From positions 15,314,001 through 15,378,000 of the forward strand of contig NC_135253.1 in NCBI RefSeq assembly GCF_964204865.1: 64,000 bases of DNA. The letters are read 5' to 3'. The translations under genes and the position numbers were made by a program. The notes beneath the pieces were generated by a model. That model saw only the letters and a program-made list of their open reading frames with translations. It made no database searches and was not told the DNA's origin. This document shows, piece after piece, positions 27,928 to 43,214 of the stretch. The DNA is from Styela clava (lineage: Eukaryota). How positions within the stretch are numbered: position 1 is the first letter of the stretch; every line of letters starts with the position of its first letter.

Positions 27928-28359
27928 TGCCACACCTCTCTACGTACCCCAATTTGGATAATGACGGTATGATGATCCCACGATATAGTTTCAGCCTCCG
28001 TACAGGAAGAGTAATCCTTTACTTTCACCCCGCCAGCATACGATAAAACTAGATCTAATAGTGATGCAAGTAGGCCCGCCCAACGTTGGTAAATAAATCC
28101 TAACTAGAACACACCACACTCTCGTGAGAAGGAATCTCCCTGTGTGGGAACATGGTGCGAACGCGCAGCGCTGGTAGGATGCGGTTGAGAGAACATTTAT
28201 TTGAAAGTCAATACAATTATGGAACGCTGATGGATGAGGTATGATTCACCACATAACCCAAGCAGTGTATTCACCTTCAGTGATATTTTGCAAATCTTCA
28301 TCCAATATTATGCTCTTCGCCCAAACTCGGTGTATCATATTAGGATAAAATTTGCGAGG

Positions 28360-31300
28360 AAGCTGGTATTGGCCGTGACAGGAACCTTAGCAGCCATGTT
28401 AGCGCTCATTATTTACTTCAAGTTGAAGTCTATGAGATGTGTCCACAGAGTAAAATTACGTTAAGTGTTTTCTCAATATTGTAAATAGTGCCTGTCAAAG
28501 AGTTGATCATTAATTTCAATACTTGCTTTGTACCGTCAAACTTTACACAATTTACGTTTTTAATGATATCTAATTTGATATGTCTTTTCGCGAATAGTCG
28601 AAAACCTTCTTTTTTCTTGATTTATGGACAGGCACTATACCTATCGATCGTCTTAAGAAATTGGGTTTGTTCTGATTGAAATGGGCCCAAATATGGAAAA
28701 TGTTACTATATAAATAACTTTTATGTTTTCAAATTCTTTTAATCCTACGAGGCCACATATTTCACGCTGAATTTTGCTGGTTTTTATAACCCACGGGCTT
28801 CTATCTTGTATTTAAGAAATGGCAATACATGCAAAGCTGAGGATTCCACAATTACTTCAAATAACCGGACTAGATACACGTATGAAGCCCAAACTAACCT
28901 AATTCAGGGCTTCGAATGGTTTACATCGTTTTAAATTAAAAGTAAGAGAAGACGATGTTTTCATCGTTACTTATCCCAGGGCAGGTGAAGAAAAAAAGTC
29001 AAATACCAGCATCACGTGATTTAGTAACAACAAATTACACGACCGGACATGCCTATTTATTAAGTAGCAATAGGACCAAATATTCCACCCAAAACTCTGG
29101 TGTTTTTATGGTTAACGGGTATATGACATTCGATACAATTATTTTATAAATTACCATTGTCATAGTCTTTTGACTTCGCGTCAAATTTTTTGAGCATTTC
29201 TTTTTTGTGGAACACGGAGTGGACCTATAGATTATTTTGTTGTCGTTGTTGTTAAAAAAAATTTGTTGTTGTAATGAAAAAATTGCTTTTCTATTTAATT
29301 ACTTTTAATTTTCAGGGGTCAAAAATTGGTGTTGTCGTTAGAACGCTATTACTTTTATTCATTTCTAACATTTCTGTGGTCTCTGCGGGATTCGATTTTT
29401 GTGTGTGATGACGTCATATAAATTAAAAATTGAGCACCTCATATCGGCTCTGCGTTCGCGATCTGGTGGTCAGGCGAAGTCAGGAAGACTCCGTACCAAA
29501 TCAAGTCAAGCTATACTGTGTAATATTAGATACTACTTCGTTTTGGCCTGCGTGTCCATATATCTGAGCATTGTTCCCTTTTTGTCATAGTAGTCGAACC
29601 TATTCCAAATAATTCCAAGTTTATATGTTTTGACGTTTACTTGGTGTAATTTTTGTATTTTGCAGAAACGACTTGGACGCAAGAAATTGTGTGGTTAATA
29701 TGCAATGATGGAAATATGGAAGAAGCAAATAAACAATTGCTTACACCGAGAAGTCCGTTTTTGGAGATAGTTGATTGTCATCTTCGCAATGGAATTCAAT
29801 CTTTAGAAAATTGGTCGAAAAGTAATCAAAGGTATGGTGCCTTCATTAGTTGATTCTGTCAATTCTAATGATGAAGAGAAACGAATCTGTATCTCCGACA
29901 CTTTCTTTGCACATTTCGACGGTGAAGTTTTGGTGAAATAACGATATATTATGATGCATCTTCTATATTCCAGGTATATTCACTACCGAAGTTTGAGATG
30001 TGGGTTCGATTCAATTTCGGCCAAACTAACAAGTTGGAATCTTCATTATTTCAAAAAAGGAACAACAGTGCTTTTTTGCATTAGTAGATAATGAACAACT
30101 TCTTATTACTTACTAACGGCTTACCCACGACGTGAAAGGAAAACAGTTTAGTTTCAATGTAACGTTAAATAACGCCATTATGTGTGTCATAAAGATTAGG
30201 AGATAATAAACATCTTGTTATTTACTTACTAACGGCTTACCCGCGGCGTGAATAGCACACAGTTTAGTTTTGCAGTTAAATAACGCAATAAATAAATTTT
30301 GTTCTCTTTAATTGGTTTAATAATACTTTTATTTAGTGATGAAGACTCGTTCTCAGTACGAACTGTTACCAGAAGACATCAAACAAGGAAAGAAATGCAA
30401 AATCATTTACGTAGCAAGAAATCCAAAGGATTTATGCGTTTTAAACTATCATTTCCATCGTATGCTTACAGGAACGCCTGACCTAGTAACATGGGAAGAA
30501 TTCCTCGCAAATTTCTGCTCACACAAAGTAGGATTAGGAGATTGGTTTGACCATACACTAAAATTTCGGGAGGTTGGTTCTAATTAATTTTTGTGGAAAT
30601 AATTATCGAAAAATAAATTTAGCTTAGTGGTTTCCAACCTCTTTGACGGAACGGAACCCCAATTAAACATTGCGGAGGCTCCAGGAACGCTTGTGCAATA
30701 CCCGCGAGGTAGTAAGAAAATATATATATATATATATAAACAAACTTTATGCTGGCACAACAAAAAATTTTTTAAAATGCAAAAGTTTTTAATGATATAT
30801 ATAAATATTTCATAATTCTAACAATATAATATACGTGTCCGAAAAATTCGCGCATGAAAAATCGCCGCAAGAGCATATAGCAGTAAATCAAGTATTTGTG
30901 ATGGAAACAGGTAGGATAACAGGGTTAGGGTATGCTCTCAAATAAAGAATCCTTGGTACTCCTAGAGTATGCGCACCAAGATGTCGCACAACCTGAACCC
31001 TGACATGGTACACAACCTGAGTTCAGGTTGTGCGCCATCTTGGTGCGCATACTTCAGGAGGTCCCCCTTTTTAAAATATTTAAAAATAAGAGGTATCTCA
31101 AAAAAATTTAACTGTTTTTATCACAAATACTTGTTTTACAGCAAAATGCTCTTGCGGCGAAGTTTTATTCGGCGATTTTTCCTATGCGGCGAAATTTTCT
31201 GCGGTGAATTTTTCTATGACCATATTATGAACTCTCGGCTTTAAATGTAAACTCTCGGAACCCCTGGCTGAAAAGCAGGCTATATGTTAACATGTCTGTA

Positions 31301-31718
31301 TTGTATATTCAACAAAAGTTCACATATAGGTCACAGAAATAAGTTTATTTAAAACTAAATACTCACGTTACTGATTCATGTTTTAGAAATATCAAGAAGT
31401 CAAGGAAAGAATATATGTCGTAACTTACGAAAATTTGAAGAAAGCTTTTCGAAAAGAAGTTGAATCAAAAAAATGTCGGAACAACAACTGGACGCTATTT
31501 CTGAACATTGTACATTTGACAGCATGAGTAAAAACAGAAGCACAAACATGTCAATGTTAAGACAAAATAGTATTTCCACGAAAAAGTCAGAGTTCATGAG
31601 AAAGGGACAGGTCGGTGATTGGAGAATTTATTTTACGATGAACCAAAGCTTGGCCATTGATGAGTTATACCAAGAAAAAATCAAAGGAACGGGATTTGAT
31701 ATTTCTTTTAGAAATTGA
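28360..31718 (+). pseudogene. SULT-E pseudogene (SULT-D duplicate)
   Basis: ATG changed to AAG (28360); exon 2 has CAA>TAA and a deletion; PSB Gly>Glu; catalytic His>Arg (KTR); exon 5 has a deletion and frameshift. Confidence 0.9.
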
Positions 31719-32451
31719 ATTTTAGGTCAATTATCAACATTGTGCATTATGATTGGTAGAGAAATTTAGAAAGGTAAATATTTACACACCATTGTAGCCA
31801 CGAATAAAAATTATTTAAAGATTGAAGAATTATGTATGCTTCAGTCGAAATAGTCGATGGGAAACACTGCATTTTTTAAAGTTCAGACAATTTTCTATTA
31901 GGCTACATGGAGCATGGAATAAATCATACTCTTGAAACACAAAATGTACATATGGATCGTTTTGTTATTATGTTGTTGTTCGTGTTCGTTATTCTATTTT
32001 CTTGTTGTGGTTACAAAAAAATTACTTTTCTCACCAACTACGGGACCAATTGCTTTGAAATTTTTCATGGCTAAAAGTTGTATTTTTACCAATCATTTAT
32101 TTCAAAAATTTCTGCGGGCTCAATAAGATTCGTCATTTGTGTGCGATGACGCTATCAAATTGCACAGCTTGTGGCAATTTCGCTTTCGCGATCAAGCGAA
32201 TTCATGAAGACTGCTTGCCGGTGGTCTAATATGACAAATTGCATACCCGTATCACTTCGTTTTGGCCTTAATGTTCATATATTTGAGCATGGCTCTCTTT
32301 CTTCTTATATATTTGTGATAAAGTCGCAAAAATTTAAATTCGACATTCTCGATCAATGAGAATGAAGAAGCAGATATTTGTATATTTAAATATATAAATT
32401 ATTATTCTATTGTTATATATTATATTCACATGTAAAATAAAAAATATCCAT

Positions 32452-35400
32452 TTATTGTCCTCCAATCATAACATCAAGAACTTTTTCAAAGAACTGCTTC
32501 GGTTGTTCCATGTCATGAAACAGCAGGTCGACGACATCATTATTTGTCAGGTCTTCATTCTGTAGAAAGAAAGCGTGTGCTTTCTGAAACAACGTACCAG
32601 AGAAAAGGTGGCCGATATTTGAATTTGGTATTGGACATTCTAGAAGGTTATTCAGTCGCATTGCTTCACAGATAATGGCTTGCCATTGCGCAGAAAAGTG
32701 CAATGCTACCTTGTCATAACTGCCATTAGATATACGACGAAAAGCATCCGGCAAATATTTATCACTAATATCATGGTAAGAACACGAAAACGTCAGTGCT
32801 AGTGCTTTGCACACTTCGTCCTGTGGTGTCTGTTTTTGACATCTTGCCCAACTGTAAATACTTAAAACGAGAAGTTTGTTTTCCTCGCCAAGAACAGCTG
32901 CATCTGAAAAGTTCTCATTCTGTATCATAGCTTCCGTAAGATATTTTTCTCGTGCGGCCATGATTACTTCACGAGTGTCGCATGCTCTTATTTCTCCCCA
33001 AGTCATTTCAAGATGTAATTTTTCTGTTATGTTTGTGATTGGAACTTCCACCGTCACCACTCTTTCTCCATAATTTTGTCCAATTCGATCCCATTCAACA
33101 ATACGACGTTCCGCCACATTATCATTTTCTTTCCCTTTACAGTCGATGATGCATCCCAATTCGTAAAACGAATGGCGAATAGGAAACGATGCTGCATGGG
33201 AAGAGTCGCACTCTGGGTTATCCACCATAAGCGACAGGAAACTCACCGGTTCTTGGATTCCTTCGATGGTCTCAAAACAATATGGTTTTACGTCAGCTAA
33301 TTCGCCACCTTTACGCAATGTATCCACAAAGCTTCGAACGTCAGGAAGCTCTTGATATATACGTAAACATTCCCTGAACTTTTTTTCTGGAAAGTTTGTA
33401 GTTTTTGGCTTGATTAATCGGATAATTTGATCGTTACTTTGATAACGGGCGAGCCACACCAACGCATATTCAATCGTAATTTCACCACGAAATACACTGG
33501 GAAGATTCCTTGGAAGCACTACTATCTGTAAACCAAAATATGCTGATACTAACTATATATATAATAAATGATCTGACTATGGCATTCAATATTAAATTAA
33601 TTTGCTGTTTGTCTTGATCTATATATATATATATATGTATTTTCAACCAGTACAAAGTCACAAATATATTGAAAAATGTTATGCGCATCTCATACTCAAC
33701 AAGCGGGTAGAAAATTCCGACATTGCGAATAAGTCGCAAAAATGTAAATCTATTTTTATTATTTTATCATATTTTTACAATCTCGCAGTTACCAGTTACG
33801 CATAATTAACTATACATGCAATGGAACCATACGCAATGACTTATGTCTTATAGTGATTACTAAATTAGAAGTTTCCCTTCTAATATTAAATCCTTTCAAC
33901 CTCTCTTTCCAAGTAGGACCCTCATCGATTCCATCTATAAAAACTAATGCAACATTCACCTTATGCAACTACAAATCTGAATATTTTATGCTTATTCACC
34001 CCCGGTAAAAGTTGCAAGAAATCCTCGAAGCTTTTACCGACGATTCCGTCTTGTCTGCTCAACAATGGCTCGAGAACAGATAACGCCTTCTTCGGAGTTC
34101 CAAAGGTAATTTTGAAAATTGACTGACGAAATATCTTTCCTCGGCAAAACCTTTGAGAACTTGTTACCTAAAAGTAGATGCGAAATAAAACCCCAATATC
34201 GGCTTTGATATAAAATGCACGATATGCGTATAGAAAAGGATATATAAATGAGATTTAACAAATTTAATCAATAAAAGAAATATGTATACATATAAACTCA
34301 CATCTTATTTTTGTTGTACCCAAGGTACCTTCAAGGTGCGCAGTACCAACAGATCATTTGCGTTGTAAAATCTCATTCTTGCGCACTTGCAACATTACGT
34401 TTTACAAATGTGGCTCGTCATATTCTATAAGGTGTCAGCACATTTTCACCCACGTACCTATGCACCCGTAAACTGCACCCAGGACATTTGCACCCAGCGA
34501 TATTTGCACCTACGTACATTTGTACCCATGCACCCACTTACATAGGCACCCGTAAACTGCACCCAGGACATTTGCACCCGGCGATATTTGCACCTACTTA
34601 CATTTGTACCCGTGCGCATTTGTGTCCATGCACCCACGTACATTTGCACATCTGCATCCATCGACGTTTGTTCTCATGACATTTTCACGCATATGCATTC
34701 GCCTCATGAACGCACCCACAGTCATGTTCGCAAATAATCGTGTTTCAGACAAACTTTAATTACCAACTATAAATATATATTCGAAATGAAGACGGATTAA
34801 AAATTTCAAGTAGCTATTATTATTGGAAGGGTAGCTACGTTTTCACCGTCGTTGCGAGTTACAATCCTTTCACTTTTATCGGTAATTTTTCTTTCGATTG
34901 AATTAACGCAAACGTAGTACGGTGGTTAGTAGACGATGGCGAAAAAAAGTGGTCGAAGAGGTGCTTAGAGAAAAGAAAAACAGACAGAGAGAAACGACCT
35001 CGACTTTGTGAAAGCTGGATTTGTATGGAACAAATTGTTTACAGCACTTTTCTACTTTTTGTATCATCGCGTCATAATGGCGTCTACACCGATGCGGGTT
35101 GTTTTCCTCGATCTGAGTTAATGGTTGGAAATCCAAATTATTTGCGTTCGAGCCATTACTATTCCTCATTACTATGCATAACATTAGGATGTCCCTATTT
35201 CGGCGCAAATGGCAATAGAACCACTTAAATGTACGCGGGTGCAAATTTCCGGGGATGCAAAAGTTTGCGGGTGCGAACGTACATGGGTACAAATGTACGT
35301 GGGATCAAATGTCCATGGGTGCAAATGTACGTGGGGGTAAATGTCCATAGCTGCAAATATCCATGGGTGCAATCTGTATGTGGTTGCTAAAATCTGCGGT

Positions 35401-38400
35401 TGCTAAAATCTGCGGGTGCAAATGTATGGGTGCAATTGGTCATGGGTTCAAATGTCCGTAGATGCAAATGTATGCAGGTGCAATTGTCCTGGGTGCAAAT
35501 GTACATGGATGCAAAGAAAATAAAACCATTTTATATTGCCTAGCCAGAATGTCCGTTCCACGCTTCTGTACAGTATTTAGGTTGCGATTGTTCATGGGAC
35601 ACACGTGTCTGTTACGTCCAAGTACCTCGCTTTCTCTATGCAAGCGTGCGCCAGTGTCGCATTTAAAAAAAATTATCAAGCGCTCTGAATTTTGTGTCGT
35701 CGCACCGGAAAAATTTGTTCGTAGCGTAGTCCAGTGGTTTCCAAACTTTTTTTTCGCGACCCCAGTTTTCGTGAAATCAAAGCCTACAGATACTCGCGAC
35801 CCTACAACTAGAAACGTTCAGCAACTTCAAAATCAATATATATATATCAGTTGCAATTGCCTCAATGGGAACAATTGTACCTGTATATATATCAGGGTCC
35901 GGCAAGCTGCGGCCCACGAACTATTTTTTTTGCGGCCGCCGAACGACCCGACTTTTAAGGCATAAAACAAAAATTGATCCAAAAGTCATTATTTTTTCAC
36001 GCGGATTTTTGTGGTAACAAGTGCTGCTGTACGGCGCTTGGCATTCGAACTCAACACTTTGGCCTTGACACAGAAACAACATCATCATTCACATCGATAA
36101 GAAGTAAATGAAAACAATGTATTGTCTGATAATATATTAAAAAAGGCCATGAATACGTTTCATTGTTGCGGGCTCTTAACACAGTAATAGAAGATGCGCC
36201 GAAAAAACTTCGGAAGATTTGAAGACACATGGCATCGTATGTAAACCACGATGTAAAAATCTATTAGATCAGAATTATAACGGTTCTTTGGCGAAACATA
36301 GACGCACTTGATAAAATGTGGTAGATTGTAAGGAAGCGTACGAATGCTTAGTGTAATCCAACAGTGTCGTTATTATTTTTAGTTTAATATTAACATATTA
36401 CAGATTGCTCCATTATTGATTCGAAAGTAAAACAGAGCATGAAAGTGAAATAGAAAAAAACGTGTACGTACTCACATCTTTTCAATCAATGCCATACTTG
36501 TCAAACACCTAATTAAAAGCCAATCGCCAAATAAAGCAACTTTGCTTTGTATATTTGATAACCAAGCGGCTATACACTGGTACAAAAAAATAACAAACCA
36601 ACATAATTTCTCGCAGCTTGTCAAAATCCGTTTTGCGTAACAGCGGGTCAACTACTCATTTGGATGTAACATGATTTAAACAACTATAAAAAGAAAAATA
36701 TTATTGGCGCACGTAACACTGTCACTCAATTACATTTACTCATATTGGTACATGTCGACCAGTTGAAAAGAGGGTATTACATGAAAGTTTTACCGTGCAA
36801 TTTTGGATCGTTTGGACAATAAATAGTCGAGTTTTAATAATAGCTATTTGAGGTCACAATGATGGTACTCACTGTTTGTTACAGGGAATTTGATGGTTGC
36901 TCGTAGCTGTATGGTTAGGCTAGGATAGTTGAGATTTGAAGGAGGGCTGAGCTTACGGGAGTGCCAGCGCCGTCGGTTAATAATCTACTAGCTTCGGGCA
37001 CAAGTGGCCATGAGTTCATACGAAATGATACCAGTGGTAATTATAATATAATAATACCGTGTTTTCCCGATTTTTTTTTAAACCTAGTCGATAGCGAGAA
37101 ATTTCTCCTACACGTTTTAAATGATAAATAATCTATGTTTTGCAGTTGTTTTGAATAAAAACGTGTTATTCATAAGTAAATGGATATCGGTTTTCATATT
37201 TTGTATGTTTGAATATCTCGTAATTCTCTACTTTGTAATTTTGTTTTTGATAAATAAAAAAAATAAGACATCCCCTAATGTTATTATTTGGAAGAAAATT
37301 GAAATTTCAAGGGAAACCTGGTACTTATGTTTACCAAAAATTATTAAAAAGGGTTTTACCCTTTTTCATATTCAGCAGGTTACTAGAACAGGTTGTTTAT
37401 TAACCAAAACCAATATACCAACGTTTTTATCTGACGTGCAATTAAAATTCAAGAAAGCTTTTGCCATTCCGCGCAGTGGCGCAGCATCCACCCCCGCAAC
37501 CACCGCGGTCGCGGGAGGGCCCACAGCGCAAAGGGGCCCAAGCGGTTAGAATTTAGTAATTTGAGCCTCGAAACCAAAAGCTGCATTGCAAAACCAGTAA
37601 TGCACATCTTATAACGTTGATGTTAGTTCAGCTCAAATCGTTTTGTTACGTAACAATGCCAGGGAGTCGTCGACTTTCGGCGTCTTGTGGTTTGATCGCA
37701 CCGACAATATTACGAAAGCTGTCAGAATGATGTCGAAAGCAAAACCGTTCAGTGGCGCACAGAAACGCAAAAAAAAGGCAAAAGAGGATGCACGTATGAA
37801 AAAAATTATTTAAGTAACCAAGATAAACTGCAAATTTTAGGTTACCATTGCCTTTCAATAGCGACATTTATGCTCAGTAAGACGAACATTTGCTCAGTGT
37901 AAAATTTTCTTAGAAGGAACACTGGTCGTGACATACTATTAAAAATGAGTCACTGGAAAACGTACGAATGAGTAACCTTACTTCCGTATTGTACAGTAAA
38001 CATATTCAATATAAAGGTTGACTGTTAGTGAAGTATTCATGCTTGACATAAAATGCGAAAATAAATACTCAACAACTAACTCTTTTAATCTTAGCTTTTT
38101 TAAACAGTAAAAATAACAACACCGGGGTAACTACACATCTTGCTTCGATTATAAGAGCATTAAAATTGTAATACAATGTCTACTGCTTTATAATATTACC
38201 TCTTTCCATTTGAAGTCGTTCATGAAAAGAAATCCCTTTTGGACTTCAAATATACAGAAATCAGTGTCCGAGGCAAGAACCATCGCGTCAAGTTCGTTGG
38301 CAATTGCGGCGGTTTTGGGATCAGCATCTCCGGGAACAACAATGAAGGGGACACCAAGTTCAGTTAAAGTTTGCCTCAACACAACCTCTAAAAGATTTTG

Positions 38401-38942
38401 AGAAATGTGATATAATTTAAACCTTTATACACACTTGCAATGAAGTATGATTGAAACAAATTGCATTAGCCTGCTAGTCACGTGACTGATGTGGCAAATG
38501 GTATGTATATAGGAGGTGTTAAATGTGCACTTCCCCGCGGAAAAATGATATATATAACTTCTTTCCGCGCACCATCGCTGGTAATGTATGTTTGCTTGCT
38601 ACGTTGCGTCTTGGATGTTTGCTTGCTACGTTGCGTCTTAGTAACCGTTTATTTTACAAATAAACATTAAACTGACTTGCAAGTAAAGGCTTTTCCTGTA
38701 TACTTGAATTCCACGTGTTTACCAGTTCCCTTATACGACCCAATCTGGCAGTTCTGACTTCGAGATATCTTTGTATGTTGTTTCCCGATTTGAAACTGAA
38801 AACAATACCACGATAAAGAGCACAACCACCGATGTATTTTTGCCATGTGTGGACGTAGTAACACATACATTCGTAAGAGCATGAATACTTATTATCGCAA
38901 AATAAGAATAAAATGAATGATAAAAATCTCTTAAAATAAGGC

Positions 38943-38981
<39 letters not shown>

Positions 38982-39786
38982 CCATCATTTTATGGCTAGT
39001 TCAAATGAGACAGTCGCATTGAATATTGCCGCATGTCAAGTTGTATGTTTTGAAGGTATGAAATACAATATTACTATATATAGTTCAAGAAGCGAGTAGA
39101 GCCCATTTCAATCAGTTTTCGGTCGATAATACATTAACTGCTGATATTTTGTTTACCTGTCAAATATCACGTAAGGTCGTATACTGCAACGCTTCAAGAC
39201 TTCGACAAATTGTTGTATTGTAGATCGAAATGACGTATAATCGCCGCCACATCTGAAAATATTTCAATTGAACGAGTAATTTGTGACGCTATACAATATA
39301 CAGAATTGAATGGGTGCTATTGCAGAAATTTTATTAGTTTCCTTTGAGAATGAAATAAAATAATATTTCATACCTTCAATTTGAAACGTTTATGAACCGT
39401 TTCTATTCATCGGAATACACGTTCGTAATTAACCAATCGGAATTTTCTTGTGAAATATTGCCTCCAATCATATTTATATAATAGCGGTAGACAAAGCTGA
39501 ACAATCAATCGTACATCATCCTAAAGCCTAAGTTGCTATTGGTAATAGATTATTCATGCTTGAAAATGGTTACTCGAGCTAGTTGTTTAGTGTTTTGTCT
39601 ATTAAAGATATTCAAATTATACTAATTTGCAATATGCTACCTGAAATCCAAATGGCCACAATCATAGTAAAGAAAATACAGCAATTCTGATCCATCGATG
39701 ATAATTTTTGTGTCACTCACATTGATATCTTCTAATAAAGGTTTGGGATATTTGTGAACGAAACCACTCAACCCTTTGATTCCCAT
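32452..39786 (-). CDS. ASTE1: ASTE1-like copy 2, 596 aa; exons 39641-39786, 39157-39252, 38677-38795, 38200-38387, 34000-34167, 32452-33525
   Basis: Exon sizes 146/96/119/188/168/1074 with GT-AG introns and no stops. Confidence 0.9.
34431..35527. mobile_element. MULE-like element with inverted arrays of ~15-16-bp ACATTTGCACCC repeats
   Basis: Starts GGTGTCAGCACATT, ends AAAACC; degenerate 9-bp TSD ATTCTATAA / ATTTTATAT; core shared with 41131-41660 and 52160-53120. Confidence 0.75.
35732..37860. mobile_element. stack of transposon fragments in ASTE1-2 intron 4 (Charlie-like ends, pogo-like MITE 37057-37321, hAT 5' end with transposase start)
   Basis: CAGTGGTTTCCAAAC (~35732); CAGGGTCCGGCAAGCTGCGGCCC (~35893); CAGTGGCGCAGC (~37474); MSKAKPFSGAQKRKKK (~37730), typical of a hAT transposase N-terminus. 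Confidence 0.65.
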
Positions 39787-40482
39787 TGCTACACTTTTCT
39801 ATTCGTACCCCAATCTGAATAATTATAGTATGATAATCAAATGATAAAGATTTAGCCTCCGTGCAGGAAGAGTAACCCCTTACCTTCACCCCGCCAGCAG
39901 ACGATAAAACTAGACCTAACACTGGTGCGGGTAGGCTCGCTCAATTTCAGTGAATGAATCATGAATATACACCATACTCCCATAAGAGAGAATTCCCCTC
40001 TGCGGGAAACACAGTGCAAACGCTTCCCTCATAAGATTCGGTTGAGAGAACATTTTTGAAAGTCAATAAGGACGAACAGAAAGCAGCTAACTATAGTATG
40101 AAAAAATCAAAACCGCCAAAGAGTGACTTACGCAATTCGGTTATTAGCCTGACGACACCTTTATTAGTTGATTCTAATGATGAAGCTAAAACAAACAAAT
40201 ACAATCAAAATGTGAACATTGTATCACGGTCACTTTCTATGCAGATTTCGATAGTGAATAGTTTTATTGAAATAATGATATATTATGATGGTCTTTCTCT
40301 GTATGCCATTTATTTCACTACCGAAGGTTAAGATGTGCGCTCGATTCAACTCCGGCCAAACTAAAAATTTGGATTCTTTATTACTTCTTCGCCATTTATA
40401 AAGAAATGCCGGTGCTTTATTGCATTAGGAAATAATCAACAACTTCTTATTACTTACTAAAGGCTTACCCACGACGTTTTGA

Positions 40483-40716
40483 CCCTCTACTGGACACAAA
40501 ATCTCTCAAGACCAAGGTTTTTTATTGGAAATTTTCGAAATTTTGTCGCATAAAAAAATATTATTGGAGGAGTGTGTTTTAAAGATATATCGCTGAATAG
40601 AACTATAGCACACGCTTATAAAAAGCCATGAGAGAAGCTTTAGGGCATGGTTGACGAAAAAAATTATTTTAAAAATACCCATGCAAAATGGCTTTAGAGA
40701 AGCGGCCTGAAAAAGG
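40483..40716. mobile_element. piggyBac-like MITE
   Basis: TTGA|CCCT … AAGG|TTAA; the paralogous SULT-D intron (~20770) has a single empty TTAA site. Confidence 0.7.
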
Positions 40717-40749
40717 TTAATGTACCGTTAGATAACGCAATTAATCAAT

Positions 40750-40937
40750 ACTTATCGATCTTGATAGGTATTTGTCTGTTTGTCTGTTAGATATACGCGA
40801 TATCTCACGAAAGCGAAAGTTGAATTATGTCGTATAATTAGCGAGATATTAATTATTTAGTGATGGGACACGCGGTGTCGCTCTTAAGTCAAGGCGAAGG
40901 ATACACGCCGCTAGATCGATAAGTCGGCGGTCTCCGA
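40750..40937 (+). mobile_element. Helentron-associated (HINE/DINE-1-like) element; second copy at 51348-51622 (-)
   Basis: subTIRs ACTTATCGATC / GATCGATAAGT, GTCTGTTTGTCTG microsatellite and a short 3' stem-loop (TCGG…CCGA). Confidence 0.65.
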
Positions 40938-40940
40938 TAA

Positions 40941-41660
<720 letters not shown>

Positions 41661-43214
41661 CCCCTAGGCGTTGCAGCGCAAAAAGATTGAAATTACTCGC
41701 ACGTACCAGATTTAACTAAATTATAAACTCGTTTGGCAGGCGCCCACCATTCAAAACTGGCCCTTCTCCTCGGACCGAACAATTTTTCCTTGTGGGCCGC
41801 ACTTGGTCCGAGGGACGCAGGTTGCACGCCCCTGTTATAAACTATACATATATTATATATAAGCAAACTTAAACCTGGCAAAACAAAATAATCTTTGAAT
41901 TGTAGCAAGTTTGATGAAATGTATGCGTATGCATATTTTATAACATCTAATAATACAGACTCACGGCTTTAGATGTAAACTTCCGGGACTTTCCTTGGCT
42001 GTAAAGCAGGCTATATGTAAACCTGATTGTATTATATATATATATTCGATATAGGTTCACATATAGATCACAGAAATAGATTTAATTTTTAGTAAACACT
42101 CACGTTACTGATTCATGTCTTTCATGAATACAAGGAAAGAATATTATTTGTAACTTTTGAAGATTAGAAGAACTATCTTCGAAAAGAAATTGAATCATTA
42201 ACAAAATTTCTTGCAAAAAATTGTCGGAATAACAACTGGACGCTATTTCTGAACATTGTACATTTGACAGCTGAGCAAAAACAAAAGTATAAATATGTCT
42301 AGCCATGCAAATTTTATGGATTTGACAAAGTCTAAATTTATGAGAAAGGGACAAATTGATGATTGGAAAAATTATTTTACGATAAATCAAAGCTTGACTT
42401 TTGATGAGATGTATCAAGAAAAAAATCAAATGAACGAGATTTAAAATTTCTTTTGGAAATTGAATTAAAGATTACATCATTATTCTTTGTTAATATTTGT
42501 AAATAAATTTAAAAGGGTAATTATTTACATTGCAGCTACAAACAGAATAACTGATACAATAAAGGAGTCGATATGTTTCAATCGAACTCATCGGCTTGCA
42601 ACAGTGTACTTTCACAGTCAATTTTCCATTAGGCTACATGAAACATGGAAACAAACATACTTTTTGGACACGAATTGTACATATTGATCATTTTGTTGTT
42701 TTTCTTTTTAGTCATTCTTTTCTTCTTGTTTTTATATATGTAAAATGGCTTTTCTCATTAACTACGGGGCCAACTGCTTTGAAATTTCTGGTGGTGAAAG
42801 ATTGTATTTTCCGCTTGAAGACATTTATTTATTTTTCAAAACTTCCATTTATTTCAAAAATTACTGGGGGCTCCACGAGACTCGTTTTTTGTGTGCGATG
42901 ACGTCATTAAAATTGCACACCCTGTGGCGGTTCCGCTTTCGCGTTGGTGGTAAGCCTACGTCGTGGAGACGGCTGTGCCGGTAATATGCTGTGACAGATT
43001 GCATACCCGTACTACTTCGTTTTGGCCTTCATGTCCATATATTTCGGCATCACTCTCTTTTTTCTCATATATTCGAAATAAGGTCACAAAAATTTTAATT
43101 CGATATTGTCGATCACATCAATCAAGAAGAATGAAGAAGTGAATATATGACAGTTTATATATATTAAATAATATTTTATTTATTATAATCACATATGATA
43201 TGAAAAATATGCAT